A DNA stretch of 64,000 nucleotides, from assembly GCA_963842765.1 (NCBI GenBank), contig CAWJHR010000013.1, positions 15,256 to 79,255 of the forward strand, read 5' to 3'. The notes under the pieces were generated by a model. That model was not told the origin of the DNA and made no database searches. It was given only the letters and a program-made list of their open reading frames with translations. The DNA comes from an uncultured Gammaproteobacteria bacterium. GTDB taxonomy: Bacteria > Pseudomonadota > Gammaproteobacteria > Steroidobacterales > Woeseiaceae. Numbering within the stretch: position 1 is the first letter of the stretch; every line of letters begins with the position of its first letter. Below are positions 54,604 through 64,000 of this stretch, one piece after another. The translations under genes were made by a program, and so were the position numbers.

Positions 54604-55802
54604 CACGTCCATTCGAAGTGGTGGTTGTTGGTGGCGGTCTCAGCGGCTTGACGCTGGCGGCAAAACTGGCCAGCGGTGACGCCGCTGATGCGTTGCGTGT
54701 GACGGTTATCGACGCGGCGCCACGACCACAGTTGCAGGATGATGACGACCTTGCGCTACGCGTGTCGGCCATTGCTACCGGGTCGGCCGACATCCTGAGC
54801 TCGATTGGTGCGTGGCAGCATGTGGACCAGGCGCGACGTTGCAGTTACGAGAGCATGCGTGTCTGGGACGAGAACGACACGCCGGACAGTAGCGCAGCGT
54901 TGCACTTCGATGCCGCGGACTTCGCGCTCCCGCAACTTGGTTTCATTGTGGAAAACGTACTGCTGCGCGTCGCACTCCTGCGGCAACTCGACGCGAGCGG
55001 CGTTACGCTGCGTTTTTCAAACAAGATTGAGGCGCTGCGCCAGGTCGGCCAGCGCTATCGCATCAGTCTGGAAGATGACGCGGAACTGTTCGCCGACCTC
55101 GTCGTTGGCGCGGACGGCGCGCGCTCGTTCGTACGCTCAGCCGTCGGCATCAGCAGCCACTTGTGGCCGTACGGTCAAACGGCGTTTGTGACGCACCTGG
55201 AGCCAGAGCTATCGCACCAGGCAACGGCCTGGCAACGGTTTCTGCGCGACGGCCCGCTGGGAATCCTGCCACTTGCGGATGGACGCGTCTCTGTCGTCTG
55301 GTCGACGACGCCTGAGAAAGCGCGTCTGGCGAGCGAGGCCGATGACGTTGAGCTCGGGCGGATGCTGACCGACGCTTCGGACCACGTTCTTGGCAACCTG
55401 GCGGTGGCTGGTCCGCGCGGTACTTTCCCGCTGGCAGCTCAACATGCTGAGCACTACGTCCTGCCCGGCGTCGCGCTGATCGGCGATGCGGCGCACGCGA
55501 TTCACCCGTTAGCGGGTCAGGGAGCGAATCTTGGGCTGCGCGATGCCGTGGAGCTGGCTGATGTCCTGATGACTGCGTTACAGGAAGGCCGGCATCCCGG
55601 TGATCAGCCGGTACTGCGCCGGTACGAACGTGCACGGCGCGGCGCCAATGCCACCATGCTGCATTTCATGACGGCGTTAAACCGGCTGTTTACGACTGAC
55701 TCACGGGCTGTCGCCGAACTGCGTATGGCCGGCATGCACGCGTTTAACCGCAGTGGGCCGATCAAGGAACAAGCAGTCAAGGTCGCGTTGGGCGTCAGTT
55801 GA
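54600..55802 (+). CDS. ubiI: UbiI/VisC-type FAD-dependent ubiquinone-biosynthesis hydroxylase
   Basis: VVVVGGGLSGLTLA, LVVGADGARSFVR, GDAAHAIHPLAGQGANLGLRD. It is the second paralogue, and its start overlaps the ubiH stop. Confidence 0.8.
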   Translation: MTRPFEVVVVGGGLSGLTLAAKLASGDAADALRVTVIDAAPRPQLQDDDDLALRVSAIATGSADILSSIGAWQHVDQARRCSYESMRVWDENDTPDSSAALHFDAADFALPQLGFIVENVLLRVALLRQLDASGVTLRFSNKIEALRQVGQRYRISLEDDAELFADLVVGADGARSFVRSAVGISSHLWPYGQTAFVTHLEPELSHQATAWQRFLRDGPLGILPLADGRVSVVWSTTPEKARLASEADDVELGRMLTDASDHVLGNLAVAGPRGTFPLAAQHAEHYVLPGVALIGDAAHAIHPLAGQGANLGLRDAVELADVLMTALQEGRHPGDQPVLRRYERARRGANATMLHFMTALNRLFTTDSRAVAELRMAGMHAFNRSGPIKEQAVKVALGVS

Positions 55803-55824
55803 GACGTGCGGCGCTGATACCAGC

Positions 55825-57570
55825 TTAAGTTTGCGACGCCAGCCAGGCGTCCATACGCTGTTCGAGGATGTCGAGCGGCAAAGCGCCACCGCCCAACAGC
55901 GCGTCATGGAATGCCCGAATGTCGAACTTCGCACCCAGCTGCTGCTCCGCGCGTTCGCGCAGGCGCAGGATCTTCAGCTGACCAATCTTGTAAGCCAGCG
56001 CCTGGCCGGGCATCGAAATATAACGGTCGATCTCGTTGACGATGTCGTGTTCGGTTTTTGCCGCGTTGGCGGCGAAGAAGTCGATCGCTTGCTGGCGGGT
56101 CCAGCCCTTGTAGTGAATGCCGGTGTCGACCACGAGCCTTACCGCTCGCCACATATCATAAGTGAGCTGACCGAAGCGTGAGTAGGGGTCTTTATATAGA
56201 CCGAGGTCGTAACCGAGCCGCTCGCTGTACAGACCCCAGCCCTCGACGAACGCCGTAAAACCGAGGAAGCGGCGGAAGTTCGGCATGCCGCCAAGCTCCT
56301 GCTGCAGAGCGATCTGTAAATGGTGCCCGGGCATGGCTTCGTGAACAGTCAATACCTCGATTTCGTACTTGGGGCGCACTTCGGGCTTGTAAAGATTGAC
56401 CCAGTAGATGCCGGCGCGGCTGCCGTCAGCGGCCGGGCGCGAATAGTAGGCCGTCGTTGTATCGGGCGCGATGGAATCCGGAATCGGTTTGACGCCATAC
56501 GGCATTCTCGGCAGGACGCCAAACAGCCTGACCAGTTCCGGGTCGATGCGCTTGCTGGTTGCAAGGTAGGCTTCATAGAGATCGTCAGGGTTGTCGTAAT
56601 AGAACTGCGGATCGGTGCGCATGAATGTCAGGAAGTCCTGGAAACTGCCGTCGAATTCGAGCCCATCGATGATCTGCTGCATTTCACCGCGGATGCGTTT
56701 CACTTCCTCGAGACCCAGGCGATGGATTTCGTCCGGCGTCATGCGGGTTGTCGTGAACGAGCGCGCCAGGAACTCATACCAGGCGCTGCCCTCAGGCAGC
56801 GCCGACTGCCCGATGCTGTCGCGCGCTGCGGGCAGGTACTTGTCGCCGAAGTAGCGCGCCAGCTTGCGGTAGGCCGGCAATACGGTTTTTTCGATCGTCT
56901 CGATTGCTGTGGCGCGCAGACGCTCACGGTCGCCGGCGGGAATCGAGTCCGGCAGGTTGTCGAATACCCGAAAGAACGGACTCTCTGCCGGGCTCTCAAC
57001 CAGTTGCATCGCCAACTGGGACTCAACCCGCCCCATCAGGATTTTTGGGGCCATGATGCCCTGCTTGCGGCCGGCCTCGGCACGATCAATGTGCTGTTCG
57101 ATGACCTCGTCAACCTTGTCCATGCGGGCAAGCCAGTCATCGAAGTCACGCGTACTTTCGAGGCGCAGCTGGTTCGTGACGTTCTCGAGATTCTGGACGC
57201 CACCGCGATGGAAGAAAGGCAGCAGGTAGCCGCTGAACGCATGCGCGTCGACGTCGTCTTGCAGTTCACGCCGGAGCAGTTCGTAGTTCAGCTGGTCGGC
57301 TTCCGGCAGCGCGGCGCGCTCGATAGCGTAAATGCGCCGCAGGTACTCACGGGTCTCGTCATGCCGCCGTGCAATGGCAGCAAGGCTCTGGTCGGACCAT
57401 TGATCGTTGTAGCGGCGATCGCCGAGCGATGAGGCCAGTATGGGCGAATTCCTTAAGGTCCATTCCCAGTGCTCATCCAGCAGCGCCTTGAACTCGCCAG
57501 CGGCGTCGGCATGGCTGGTTGCTGACATCAGGAGCAATAGTCCTGCCAGGGCAATTCGCAGTGATTTCAT
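55825..57570 (-). CDS. DUF885 family protein (secreted, metallopeptidase-like)
   Basis: Signal peptide MKSLRIALAGLLLLMSATSHA, motif VHEAMPGHHLQ. The ORF-track start at 57666 is an upstream extension. Confidence 0.85.
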   Translation of the reverse strand: MKSLRIALAGLLLLMSATSHADAAGEFKALLDEHWEWTLRNSPILASSLGDRRYNDQWSDQSLAAIARRHDETREYLRRIYAIERAALPEADQLNYELLRRELQDDVDAHAFSGYLLPFFHRGGVQNLENVTNQLRLESTRDFDDWLARMDKVDEVIEQHIDRAEAGRKQGIMAPKILMGRVESQLAMQLVESPAESPFFRVFDNLPDSIPAGDRERLRATAIETIEKTVLPAYRKLARYFGDKYLPAARDSIGQSALPEGSAWYEFLARSFTTTRMTPDEIHRLGLEEVKRIRGEMQQIIDGLEFDGSFQDFLTFMRTDPQFYYDNPDDLYEAYLATSKRIDPELVRLFGVLPRMPYGVKPIPDSIAPDTTTAYYSRPAADGSRAGIYWVNLYKPEVRPKYEIEVLTVHEAMPGHHLQIALQQELGGMPNFRRFLGFTAFVEGWGLYSERLGYDLGLYKDPYSRFGQLTYDMWRAVRLVVDTGIHYKGWTRQQAIDFFAANAAKTEHDIVNEIDRYISMPGQALAYKIGQLKILRLRERAEQQLGAKFDIRAFHDALLGGGALPLDILEQRMDAWLASQT

Positions 57571-57669
57571 ACCGATATCCTTCGTCGATGAGGAGCGCAT
57601 TGTCGCCGCCCGGCCGGCCGCTGGCAACCGGACCGGCAGTTGGCTATGATTGTGCGCACTGGTCAACAG

Positions 57670-57856
57670 TGTCCGCAGAAGAGACCTCGTTCAATCGGGG
57701 CGCCGAAGGCGCAACACGCTCGGAAACGCTCAGGCAAAAGGACTGTGGTGCGCTGACCAGCTCTGGAGAGCGGCCGACAAGGCCCACCGAAGGGGAACGT
57801 GGCGGACGCTTGACGCGCCCTTGCCATTGATCTCTCAGGTTGCAAAGGACAGAGGG
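57670..57856 (+). promoter_or_regulatory. Tandem glycine riboswitch (two aptamers)
   Basis: Aptamer 1: ...gaagagac...gcgccgaaggcgcaa...ctcaggcaaaaggac. Aptamer 2: ctctggagag...ccaccgaaggggaa...ctcaggttgcaaaggacag. It lies directly upstream of gcvT. Confidence 0.88.
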
Positions 57857-57858
57857 GC

Positions 57859-57892
57859 GGCAGGCCGGTTAAAGGCCTGCCGTCTTTTTTTT
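57859..57892 (+). terminator. Riboswitch expression-platform intrinsic terminator
   Basis: The hairpin ggcaggcc-ggttaaa-ggcctgcc is followed by gtctttttttt and ends 31 nt before the gcvT ATG. Confidence 0.85.
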
Positions 57893-57923
57893 GCAGCAGA
57901 TTTTGACAACGGGCGAATGACAT

Positions 57924-59015
57924 ATGGGATCAAGAACACCGCTTTACGATCAGCACGTTGACGCAGGCGCGCGCATCGTCGACTTCGGTGGCTGGGATAT
58001 GCCGCTGCATTACGGGTCGCAAAAAGAAGAACACCATGCGGTGCGACAGGACGCCGGCGTCTTTGATGTTTCGCACATGACGATTGTCGACTTGCATGGC
58101 GAGCAAGTGCGCGCCTTCCTGCAGTACCTCGTGGCCAACGACGTTGCCAAGCTGAAGACTTTTGGCAAGGCGCTGTACACCTGCATGCTGAATGCCGACG
58201 GCGGCGTGATCGATGACCTGATTATTTATTTGATCGCCGACAACGAGTACCGACTGATCGTCAATGCGGCGACGCGCGACAAGGACCTTGCCTGGATAAC
58301 CGAACACGCGGCACGCTTCGACGTTGACGTGACCGAACGGCCGGAACTGGCGATGATCGCGGTCCAGGGGCCCAATGCGCGGCAACGGGCCGCGGCGTGC
58401 GTCGCTGCCAAGTGGCGAGATGCGGCGCTGGCGCTGAAACCGTTCAATGGCATGCAGGCGGGTGACGTGTTTGTCGCGCGCACCGGCTATACCGGGGAAG
58501 ACGGCTGGGAGATGGTGATGCCGGCGGCCGCCGCAGCGGATGTCTGGAATCGACTGCTCGACGCGGGTGTTGCTCCCTGCGGCCTGGGCGCAAGAGATAC
58601 GCTCAGGCTCGAGGCGGCGATGAACCTCTACGGCTCTGACATGGATGAATCGATCTCGCCGCTCGAAGCCGGGCTGGAGTGGACCGTGGCGTGGGAACCG
58701 GCCGAGCGCGACTTCATTGGACGTGCGGCCATCGAAAAAGTCCGTCACGCACCGGACCGGCGGCGCTTCGTCGGCCTCCTGCTCGAGGACAAGGGCGTGT
58801 TACGCAATCACCAGCAGGTTGTCGTTGCCGACCGCGGTGAGGGCGAAATTACGAGCGGCGGATTCTCGCCGACGATTGGACGCTCAATTGCATTGGCGCG
58901 TCTGCCGGCGGGCGATTACGACCGGGCGCAGGTCGATGTCCGGGGCAAGCTGCTGAACGTACGGATTGTCAAAACACCGTTCGTTCGAAACGGGGAAATT
59001 CGCATCGACATCTGA
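57924..59015 (+). CDS. gcvT: Glycine cleavage system aminomethyltransferase (T protein)
   Basis: [48 protein letters not shown]... Confidence 0.96.
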   Translation: MGSRTPLYDQHVDAGARIVDFGGWDMPLHYGSQKEEHHAVRQDAGVFDVSHMTIVDLHGEQVRAFLQYLVANDVAKLKTFGKALYTCMLNADGGVIDDLIIYLIADNEYRLIVNAATRDKDLAWITEHAARFDVDVTERPELAMIAVQGPNARQRAAACVAAKWRDAALALKPFNGMQAGDVFVARTGYTGEDGWEMVMPAAAAADVWNRLLDAGVAPCGLGARDTLRLEAAMNLYGSDMDESISPLEAGLEWTVAWEPAERDFIGRAAIEKVRHAPDRRRFVGLLLEDKGVLRNHQQVVVADRGEGEITSGGFSPTIGRSIALARLPAGDYDRAQVDVRGKLLNVRIVKTPFVRNGEIRIDI

Positions 59016-59049
59016 TGTCGGTGCCAGGCGAAAACTTGGGAGAAAACAG

Positions 59050-59445
59050 ATGACAGAATTGCCAGGAGACCTTCTTTATACCAGCGATCACGAGTGGCTC
59101 AGGCGCAATGACGACGGCACGGTAACCATCGGCATCACCGAGCATGCGGCCAAAGCGCTGGGTGATCTCGTTTACGTCGAGTTACCGGAAGTTGGCCAGG
59201 ATGTCGAAAGTACCGGAGAGATGGCAGTGGTCGAGTCAGTCAAGGCCGCGTCCGATGTCTACGCGCCGATCGCCGGCAACATCGTGGCTGTGAATGAAGA
59301 ACTCGCCGACGATCCTGAGAAAATTAACAACGACCCTTACGAAGACGGCTGGATCGTGCGCATGACGCCGAGCGGCGACATTGATGAGGGCGAATTGTTG
59401 TCGCCGGACGACTACCAGACACTGCTTGATGAGCTTGACGACTGA
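59050..59445 (+). CDS. gcvH: Glycine cleavage system H protein
   Basis: MTELPGDLLYTSDHEWLR...; lipoyl-lysine context VESVKAASDVYAP. The ORF-track start at 58966 is an extension. Confidence 0.96.
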   Translation: MTELPGDLLYTSDHEWLRRNDDGTVTIGITEHAAKALGDLVYVELPEVGQDVESTGEMAVVESVKAASDVYAPIAGNIVAVNEELADDPEKINNDPYEDGWIVRMTPSGDIDEGELLSPDDYQTLLDELDD

Positions 59446-59455
59446 GTAACGCTTA

Positions 59456-60802
59456 ATGCCTTTTATACCGCACACTGAAAAAGACACGCGCGAGATGCTG
59501 GCAGCGATCGGCGCGGAATCGATCGACGACCTGTTTGACGAGATTCCTGCGGAGCTGCGCATCGATCACCTGCATGGTGTCCCCGAAGCGCACAACGAGA
59601 TGGAAGTGTCGCGACTCATGTACGATCGCGCGGCCATGGACGGTATGCCGCTGTGTTTCATCGGCGCCGGTGCCTATGAGCACCATATCCCGGCGGCCGT
59701 CTGGGACATTGCAACGCGTGGGGAATTCTACAGCGCTTATACGCCGTACCAGGCTGAGGCCAGCCAGGGGACGCTGCAGACCATCTACGAATACCAGACG
59801 ATGATCACTGCGCTGACCGGACTCGATGTCAGCAACGCATCGCTTTATGACGGCGCGTCGGCATTGGCGGAAGCGGCATTAATGGCGGTGCGCACGAATC
59901 GCCGTGCCAAGACCAAGCGAGTCCTGCTCGCGTCCGGAGTGAATCCCGTGTACGAGCAGGTGGCGGCGGCGATTGCCGGCAGCCAGGGACTCAGTTTCGA
60001 ACGATTGCCGATGGATGCCGGCACTGGCAACGTGGCCTTCGAAAGTCTCGAGCACGACCTGGAACCGGTGGCCGTCGTGATTCAGCAACCGACGTTTCCC
60101 GGCACGCTGGAAGAGGTCGATCGCCTGACCGACTGGGCGCACGCACAGGGCGCTGTCGTCATTGCGATCGTCAACCCGACATCGCTCTCCCTGCTAAAAG
60201 CGCCGGGGCACTGGGGCGAGGAGGGGGCCGATATTGCGATCGGTGAAGGACAGCCACTGGGCGTGCCGTTGTCCTCCGGGGGGCCGTATTTCGGGTTCAT
60301 GACGTGCAAGCAGAAGCACGTCCGACAGATGCCTGGCCGAATAGTGGGGCGCACGACGGATCTCGACGGCAAGCCGGGCTTTACCCTGACCCTGCAGGCG
60401 CGCGAGCAGCACATTCGCCGCACGAAAGCGACGTCCAACATTTGCACCAACCAGGGACTGATGGTCACGGCGGCCACGATTTACATGTCGCTGCTCGGCT
60501 TTGACGGTATTGCGACGGTGGCGCGGCGCTCGCACGCGAATACGACGCGGCTCGTGGACGGGTTGTGCGCTGTCGACGGCGTTGAGCGGCTGTATGACGG
60601 CCCCTATTTCCACGAGGTTGCGCTGCGGCTGGACCGCCCCGTCGGACCGGTGCTTGCCGCGCTGTCGAGGCAGGACATTCTGGGCGGCTTCGATCTGAGC
60701 GATTTTGCCGGCTGCGATGCGCTGTTGGTGTGTGCGACAGAAACTAAAACGGCGGGCGATATTGATACGTATGTTGCCGCTTTCGCCGACGTAATGGCCT
60801 GA
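59456..60802 (+). CDS. gcvPA: Glycine dehydrogenase (decarboxylating) subunit 1
   Basis: 448 aa with [19 protein letters not shown]...[14 protein letters not shown]... Confidence 0.94.
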   Translation: MPFIPHTEKDTREMLAAIGAESIDDLFDEIPAELRIDHLHGVPEAHNEMEVSRLMYDRAAMDGMPLCFIGAGAYEHHIPAAVWDIATRGEFYSAYTPYQAEASQGTLQTIYEYQTMITALTGLDVSNASLYDGASALAEAALMAVRTNRRAKTKRVLLASGVNPVYEQVAAAIAGSQGLSFERLPMDAGTGNVAFESLEHDLEPVAVVIQQPTFPGTLEEVDRLTDWAHAQGAVVIAIVNPTSLSLLKAPGHWGEEGADIAIGEGQPLGVPLSSGGPYFGFMTCKQKHVRQMPGRIVGRTTDLDGKPGFTLTLQAREQHIRRTKATSNICTNQGLMVTAATIYMSLLGFDGIATVARRSHANTTRLVDGLCAVDGVERLYDGPYFHEVALRLDRPVGPVLAALSRQDILGGFDLSDFAGCDALLVCATETKTAGDIDTYVAAFADVMA

Positions 60803-60823
60803 GCCGAAGGTAGGGAAACGAGC

Positions 60824-61339
60824 ATGGCGAAAATCCAGTTTGAGCACGCGTTCTATCGCACTTATGGCGACCTGCCGACCGTCGGCAGCCGGGCACCGGA
60901 CGTCTCTCTCGTAAATACGCGATTGCAAAACGTCTCCCTCGCCAAGTGGACGGGGATGCGCAAGATCATGAATATTTTCGTCAGCATCGACACGTCGGTC
61001 TGTGCCAAGTCGGTCCGGGAGTTCGAGCGACTGGCGGGTGACCGTGACGATCTTGCGCTGTTAATGGTGTCTTATGATCTGCCGTTTGCGCACCAGCGTT
61101 TTCAGAAAGAACATGACCTGCAAAAGGTCGAGGGACTGTCGGCCATCCGCCATGCCGGCTTCGGTGAGAATTACGGCGTCCTCATCGTTGACGGGCCGCT
61201 GGCCGGCATGTTCTCGCGAGCGGTAGTCGTGCTGGATGAGAACAACACCGTGGTACACGGCGAGCTGATCGAAGATATAACAACCGAACCTGACTATGCC
61301 GCGGCCTTCCGCGCGCTGGGAATTACGATCGATGAGTGA
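60824..61339 (+). CDS. tpx: Thiol peroxidase (atypical 2-Cys peroxiredoxin, Tpx type)
   Basis: 171 aa with [11 protein letters not shown]...[14 protein letters not shown] (peroxidatic Cys context)...[14 protein letters not shown]. It lies between gcvPA and gcvPB. Confidence 0.85.
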   Translation: MAKIQFEHAFYRTYGDLPTVGSRAPDVSLVNTRLQNVSLAKWTGMRKIMNIFVSIDTSVCAKSVREFERLAGDRDDLALLMVSYDLPFAHQRFQKEHDLQKVEGLSAIRHAGFGENYGVLIVDGPLAGMFSRAVVVLDENNTVVHGELIEDITTEPDYAAAFRALGITIDE

Positions 61340-62798
61340 ATTGATATTCGAAAAGTCACGTGAGGGCCGCCGCGCCTTCGCCCAGTCTCCCGTGGACGCG
61401 GACGCGCCAGCGATACCGGCGCATCTCTTGCGTCAGGACAGAGCGCGACTGCCGGAGGCCTCGGAGTTACAGACCGTACGACATTTCACGCGCCTGTCGC
61501 AGAAGAACTTTTCGATCGACACGCAGTTCTATCCGCTCGGTTCCTGCACGATGAAATACAATCCGCGTGCGTGCAACAAGCTCGCTTTGCTGCCGCCGTT
61601 TGCGGGTCGGCATCCGCTCGGGCCGGTCAGTCATGGCCAGGGTTTCCTCGCGTGCATGTTCGAGCTGCAGGAGATGCTGAAAGACGTAACCGGCATGCAG
61701 GGCGTCTCGCTGACACCCATGGCCGGTGCGCAGGGCGAACTGGCTGGCGTCGCCATGATCATGGCCTACCACCGCTCGCGAGGTGACACCGAGCGTACCG
61801 AGATTATTGTTCCGGATGCGGCACATGGCACCAACCCGGCAACGGCAAACATGTGTGGCTGCACGGTTCAGGAAATCCCGACGGACGCCGAAGGCGACGT
61901 CGATATCAACGCGTTGAAAGCCGTGCTGGGACCGAAGACGGCCGGCATCATGCTGACCAATCCGTCGACACTTGGCGTGTTCGAGCGACACATTACGGAG
62001 ATTGCCGACCTGGTGCACGATGCCGGTGGCCTGCTCTATTACGATGGCGCCAACCTCAACGCGATTCTCGGCAAGGTGCGTCCCGGCGACATGGATTTCG
62101 ACGTTATCCACATGAATCTGCACAAAACGTTTTCGACGCCGCACGGCGGCGGTGGCCCGGGCTCCGGCGCGGTTGGTGTCAACGACCGCTTGCTGCCGTT
62201 TATGCCGATTCCGGTTGTCGGCAGAACGATGACCGATGACGAGCCGTATTATGACTGGCTGAGCGAAGCCGACTTGCCGCAAAGCATAGGGCGCTTGTCC
62301 GGTTTTATGGGCAATGCGGGCGTGCTGTTACGCGCGTACGTTTACATGCGCATGATCGGTCGCGATGGCATGGAGCGCATCGCCGAGTACGCAACTTTGA
62401 ATGCGAATTACCTGATGGTGAAATTACGCGAGGCCGGTCTTGAACTTGCGTTTCCGAATCGGCGTGCGAGCCATGAATTTATCGTCACGCTACGCCACGA
62501 AGCCAAGACGGTGAACCTGACAGCGATGGATGTGGCCAAGGCGCTGCTGGATAAAAACTACCATGCGCCAACCACGTATTTCCCGCTGCTGGTGCCAGAG
62601 TGCCTGTTGATCGAGCCGACCGAGACAGAGAGCAAGGAAACGCTTGATAACTTCGTCGCGGCCATGGTCGATATCGTACGGGCCGCAAAGGAAGAGGGTG
62701 TCGAGTACAAAGAAGCGCCATACACGATGCCAGTGCGGCGCCTTGATGACGTCAAGGCCGCGCGCCAGCTGGATCTCGCCTATCGCCCCGACGATTGA
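61332..62798 (+). CDS. gcvPB: Glycine dehydrogenase (decarboxylating) subunit 2
   Basis: [16 protein letters not shown]...; PLP-lysine context [17 protein letters not shown]. Its ATG lies 8 nt inside the tpx 3' end. Confidence 0.94.
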   Translation: MSELIFEKSREGRRAFAQSPVDADAPAIPAHLLRQDRARLPEASELQTVRHFTRLSQKNFSIDTQFYPLGSCTMKYNPRACNKLALLPPFAGRHPLGPVSHGQGFLACMFELQEMLKDVTGMQGVSLTPMAGAQGELAGVAMIMAYHRSRGDTERTEIIVPDAAHGTNPATANMCGCTVQEIPTDAEGDVDINALKAVLGPKTAGIMLTNPSTLGVFERHITEIADLVHDAGGLLYYDGANLNAILGKVRPGDMDFDVIHMNLHKTFSTPHGGGGPGSGAVGVNDRLLPFMPIPVVGRTMTDDEPYYDWLSEADLPQSIGRLSGFMGNAGVLLRAYVYMRMIGRDGMERIAEYATLNANYLMVKLREAGLELAFPNRRASHEFIVTLRHEAKTVNLTAMDVAKALLDKNYHAPTTYFPLLVPECLLIEPTETESKETLDNFVAAMVDIVRAAKEEGVEYKEAPYTMPVRRLDDVKAARQLDLAYRPDD

Positions 62799-62809
62799 TC
62801 AGGATTACT

Positions 62810-64000
62810 ATGAACTACGGCAGGTTTGTCGCGGCCGCCGCCGCATTGTTTTTGCACGTCGCAGCACATGCCGCGGACGATACTGCGTGGTCGGCAACGC
62901 TCGAGCGTATTTCCTCCGGTGTTGTGTCCATTCGCGTCGACAGCACACGTGCTTTCGATACGGAGTGGAACAGCTCGAGCCAGGCAACCGGTTTTGTTGT
63001 CGATGCGAAGCGCGGGCTCATCCTTACGAACCGCCATGTCGTAACGCCGGGCCCCGTGATCGCCGAAGCCGTGTTTCGCAATAACGAGGAAGTGCGCCTG
63101 ACACCGGTGTACCGCGATCCCGTGCACGACTTCGGCTTTTTCCGCTACGACCCGGCCGAGTTGCGCTACATCGAACCTGAGGAACTGCCGCTCGACCCGG
63201 AGGGTGCCCGCATCGGCAAGGAGATTCGGGTGATTGGCAACGACGCCGGCGAGCAGCTCTCGATCCTCGCGGGAACGATCGCGCGCCTCGACCGCCAGGC
63301 ACCGGACTACGGCCGCGGCAAATACAACGATTTCAATACTTTCTATTTGCAGGCAGCTTCCGGAACCTCGGGCGGCTCGTCAGGCTCGCCGGTCATTAAT
63401 ATCGAGGGTGCAGTCGTGGCGCTCAATGCCGGCGCCAACAGCTCCGCTGCCAGCAGCTTCTTTTTACCCCTCGACCGCATTGACCGCGCGTTGCGGGAAT
63501 TGCAGAAAGGCGCCCCGGTCGCGCGCGGCACGTTGCAGACCACGTTTCACAGCAAACCTTATGATGAGTTGCGTCGGCTGGGGTTAACGACGGAGTCCGA
63601 GACACTGGTACGTTCGAGGTTCCCCGAGCAGACAGGGATGCTGACCGTACAGCAGGTCATTCCCGATTCCGCGGCAGCCGAGCAGATTGCGCCTGGCGAC
63701 ATCCTGATACGTATCAACGGCAAGCTGGTGACCGAGTTCATCCCACTGGAGGCGCTTCTCGACGACCACGTTAACGAGGAGATCGAGATTGAAGTGGAGC
63801 GCGGCGGGCAGCGCGTGCTGGCGACCGTCCGGGTCGACGACCTGCATGCGATCACTCCCGCTGAGTACATCGAATTCGGCGATGCGATCGTCAACAAGCT
63901 CTCCTACCAGCAGGCCCGTCACTACAATCGTGCCGCCAACGGTGTCTATGTCGCGAACCCCGGTTACCTGTTGTCCAAAGCGGCGATCCCGCGCGGTGCC
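62810..64000 (+). CDS. Secreted trypsin-like serine protease with PDZ domain(s) (HtrA/Nma111-like), 5' part; continues beyond the window end
   Basis: My translation reads MNYGRFVAAAAALFLHVAAHA (signal), TGFVVDAKRGLILTNRHV (His), DFGFFRY (Asp), ASGTSGGSSGSPVI (Ser), then a PDZ-like GDILIRINGKLV. The frame is open to base 64000, so it is absent from the ORF track. Confidence 0.85.
   Translation, partial: MNYGRFVAAAAALFLHVAAHAADDTAWSATLERISSGVVSIRVDSTRAFDTEWNSSSQATGFVVDAKRGLILTNRHVVTPGPVIAEAVFRNNEEVRLTPVYRDPVHDFGFFRYDPAELRYIEPEELPLDPEGARIGKEIRVIGNDAGEQLSILAGTIARLDRQAPDYGRGKYNDFNTFYLQAASGTSGGSSGSPVINIEGAVVALNAGANSSAASSFFLPLDRIDRALRELQKGAPVARGTLQTTFHSKPYDELRRLGLTTESETLVRSRFPEQTGMLTVQQVIPDSAAAEQIAPGDILIRINGKLVTEFIPLEALLDDHVNEEIEIEVERGGQRVLATVRVDDLHAITPAEYIEFGDAIVNKLSYQQARHYNRAANGVYVANPGYLLSKAAIPRGA

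Overview
This is a 64-kb chromosomal core segment of a GC-rich gammaproteobacterium (GC content not computed). Gene order follows well-known Pseudomonas/Xanthomonas/E. coli blocks: uvrA-MFS-ssb; miaB-ybeZ-ybeY-corC-lnt-leuS-lptE; holA-nadD-rsfS-rlmH-maf-rng-yhdP-nitrilase-tldD; purEK; yjgA/pmbA; rplM-rpsI-tRNA-Gln; zapA-6S RNA-ygfA; ygfB-pepP-ubiH-ubiI; and glycine riboswitch-gcvT-gcvH-gcvPA-tpx-gcvPB. I call 62 protein-coding loci, one tRNA-Gln, a 6S RNA, a tandem glycine riboswitch, one promoter, several intrinsic terminators and two repeat features. I found no transposase, integrase, phage, CRISPR or recognisable defence genes, so most of the window is ordinary housekeeping DNA.

The main observations are:
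- At least 13 frame disruptions, each equivalent to one extra base and all shifting the frame the same way, interrupt eight otherwise well-conserved genes, including cysS, uvrA and purK. A 5-nt duplication also breaks a repeat gene. A sequence-quality artefact is the most likely cause, but this should be checked.
- A 4-kb gene encodes a very large two-module membrane protein of unknown function. It is translationally coupled to a DUF2238 protein and followed by a secreted alpha/beta hydrolase.
- An ExeA/MshM-like AAA+ ATPase is fused to a C-terminal FHA domain, directly downstream of purEK.
- A Lys/Ala-rich histone H1-like protein is built from 54-nt tandem repeats.
- tpx is embedded in, and overlaps, the riboswitch-controlled glycine-cleavage operon.
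- A small HExxH protein lies inside an insertion that breaks the usual lptE-holA linkage.

All product calls rest on my own reading of the translations and on synteny. No database search was run.
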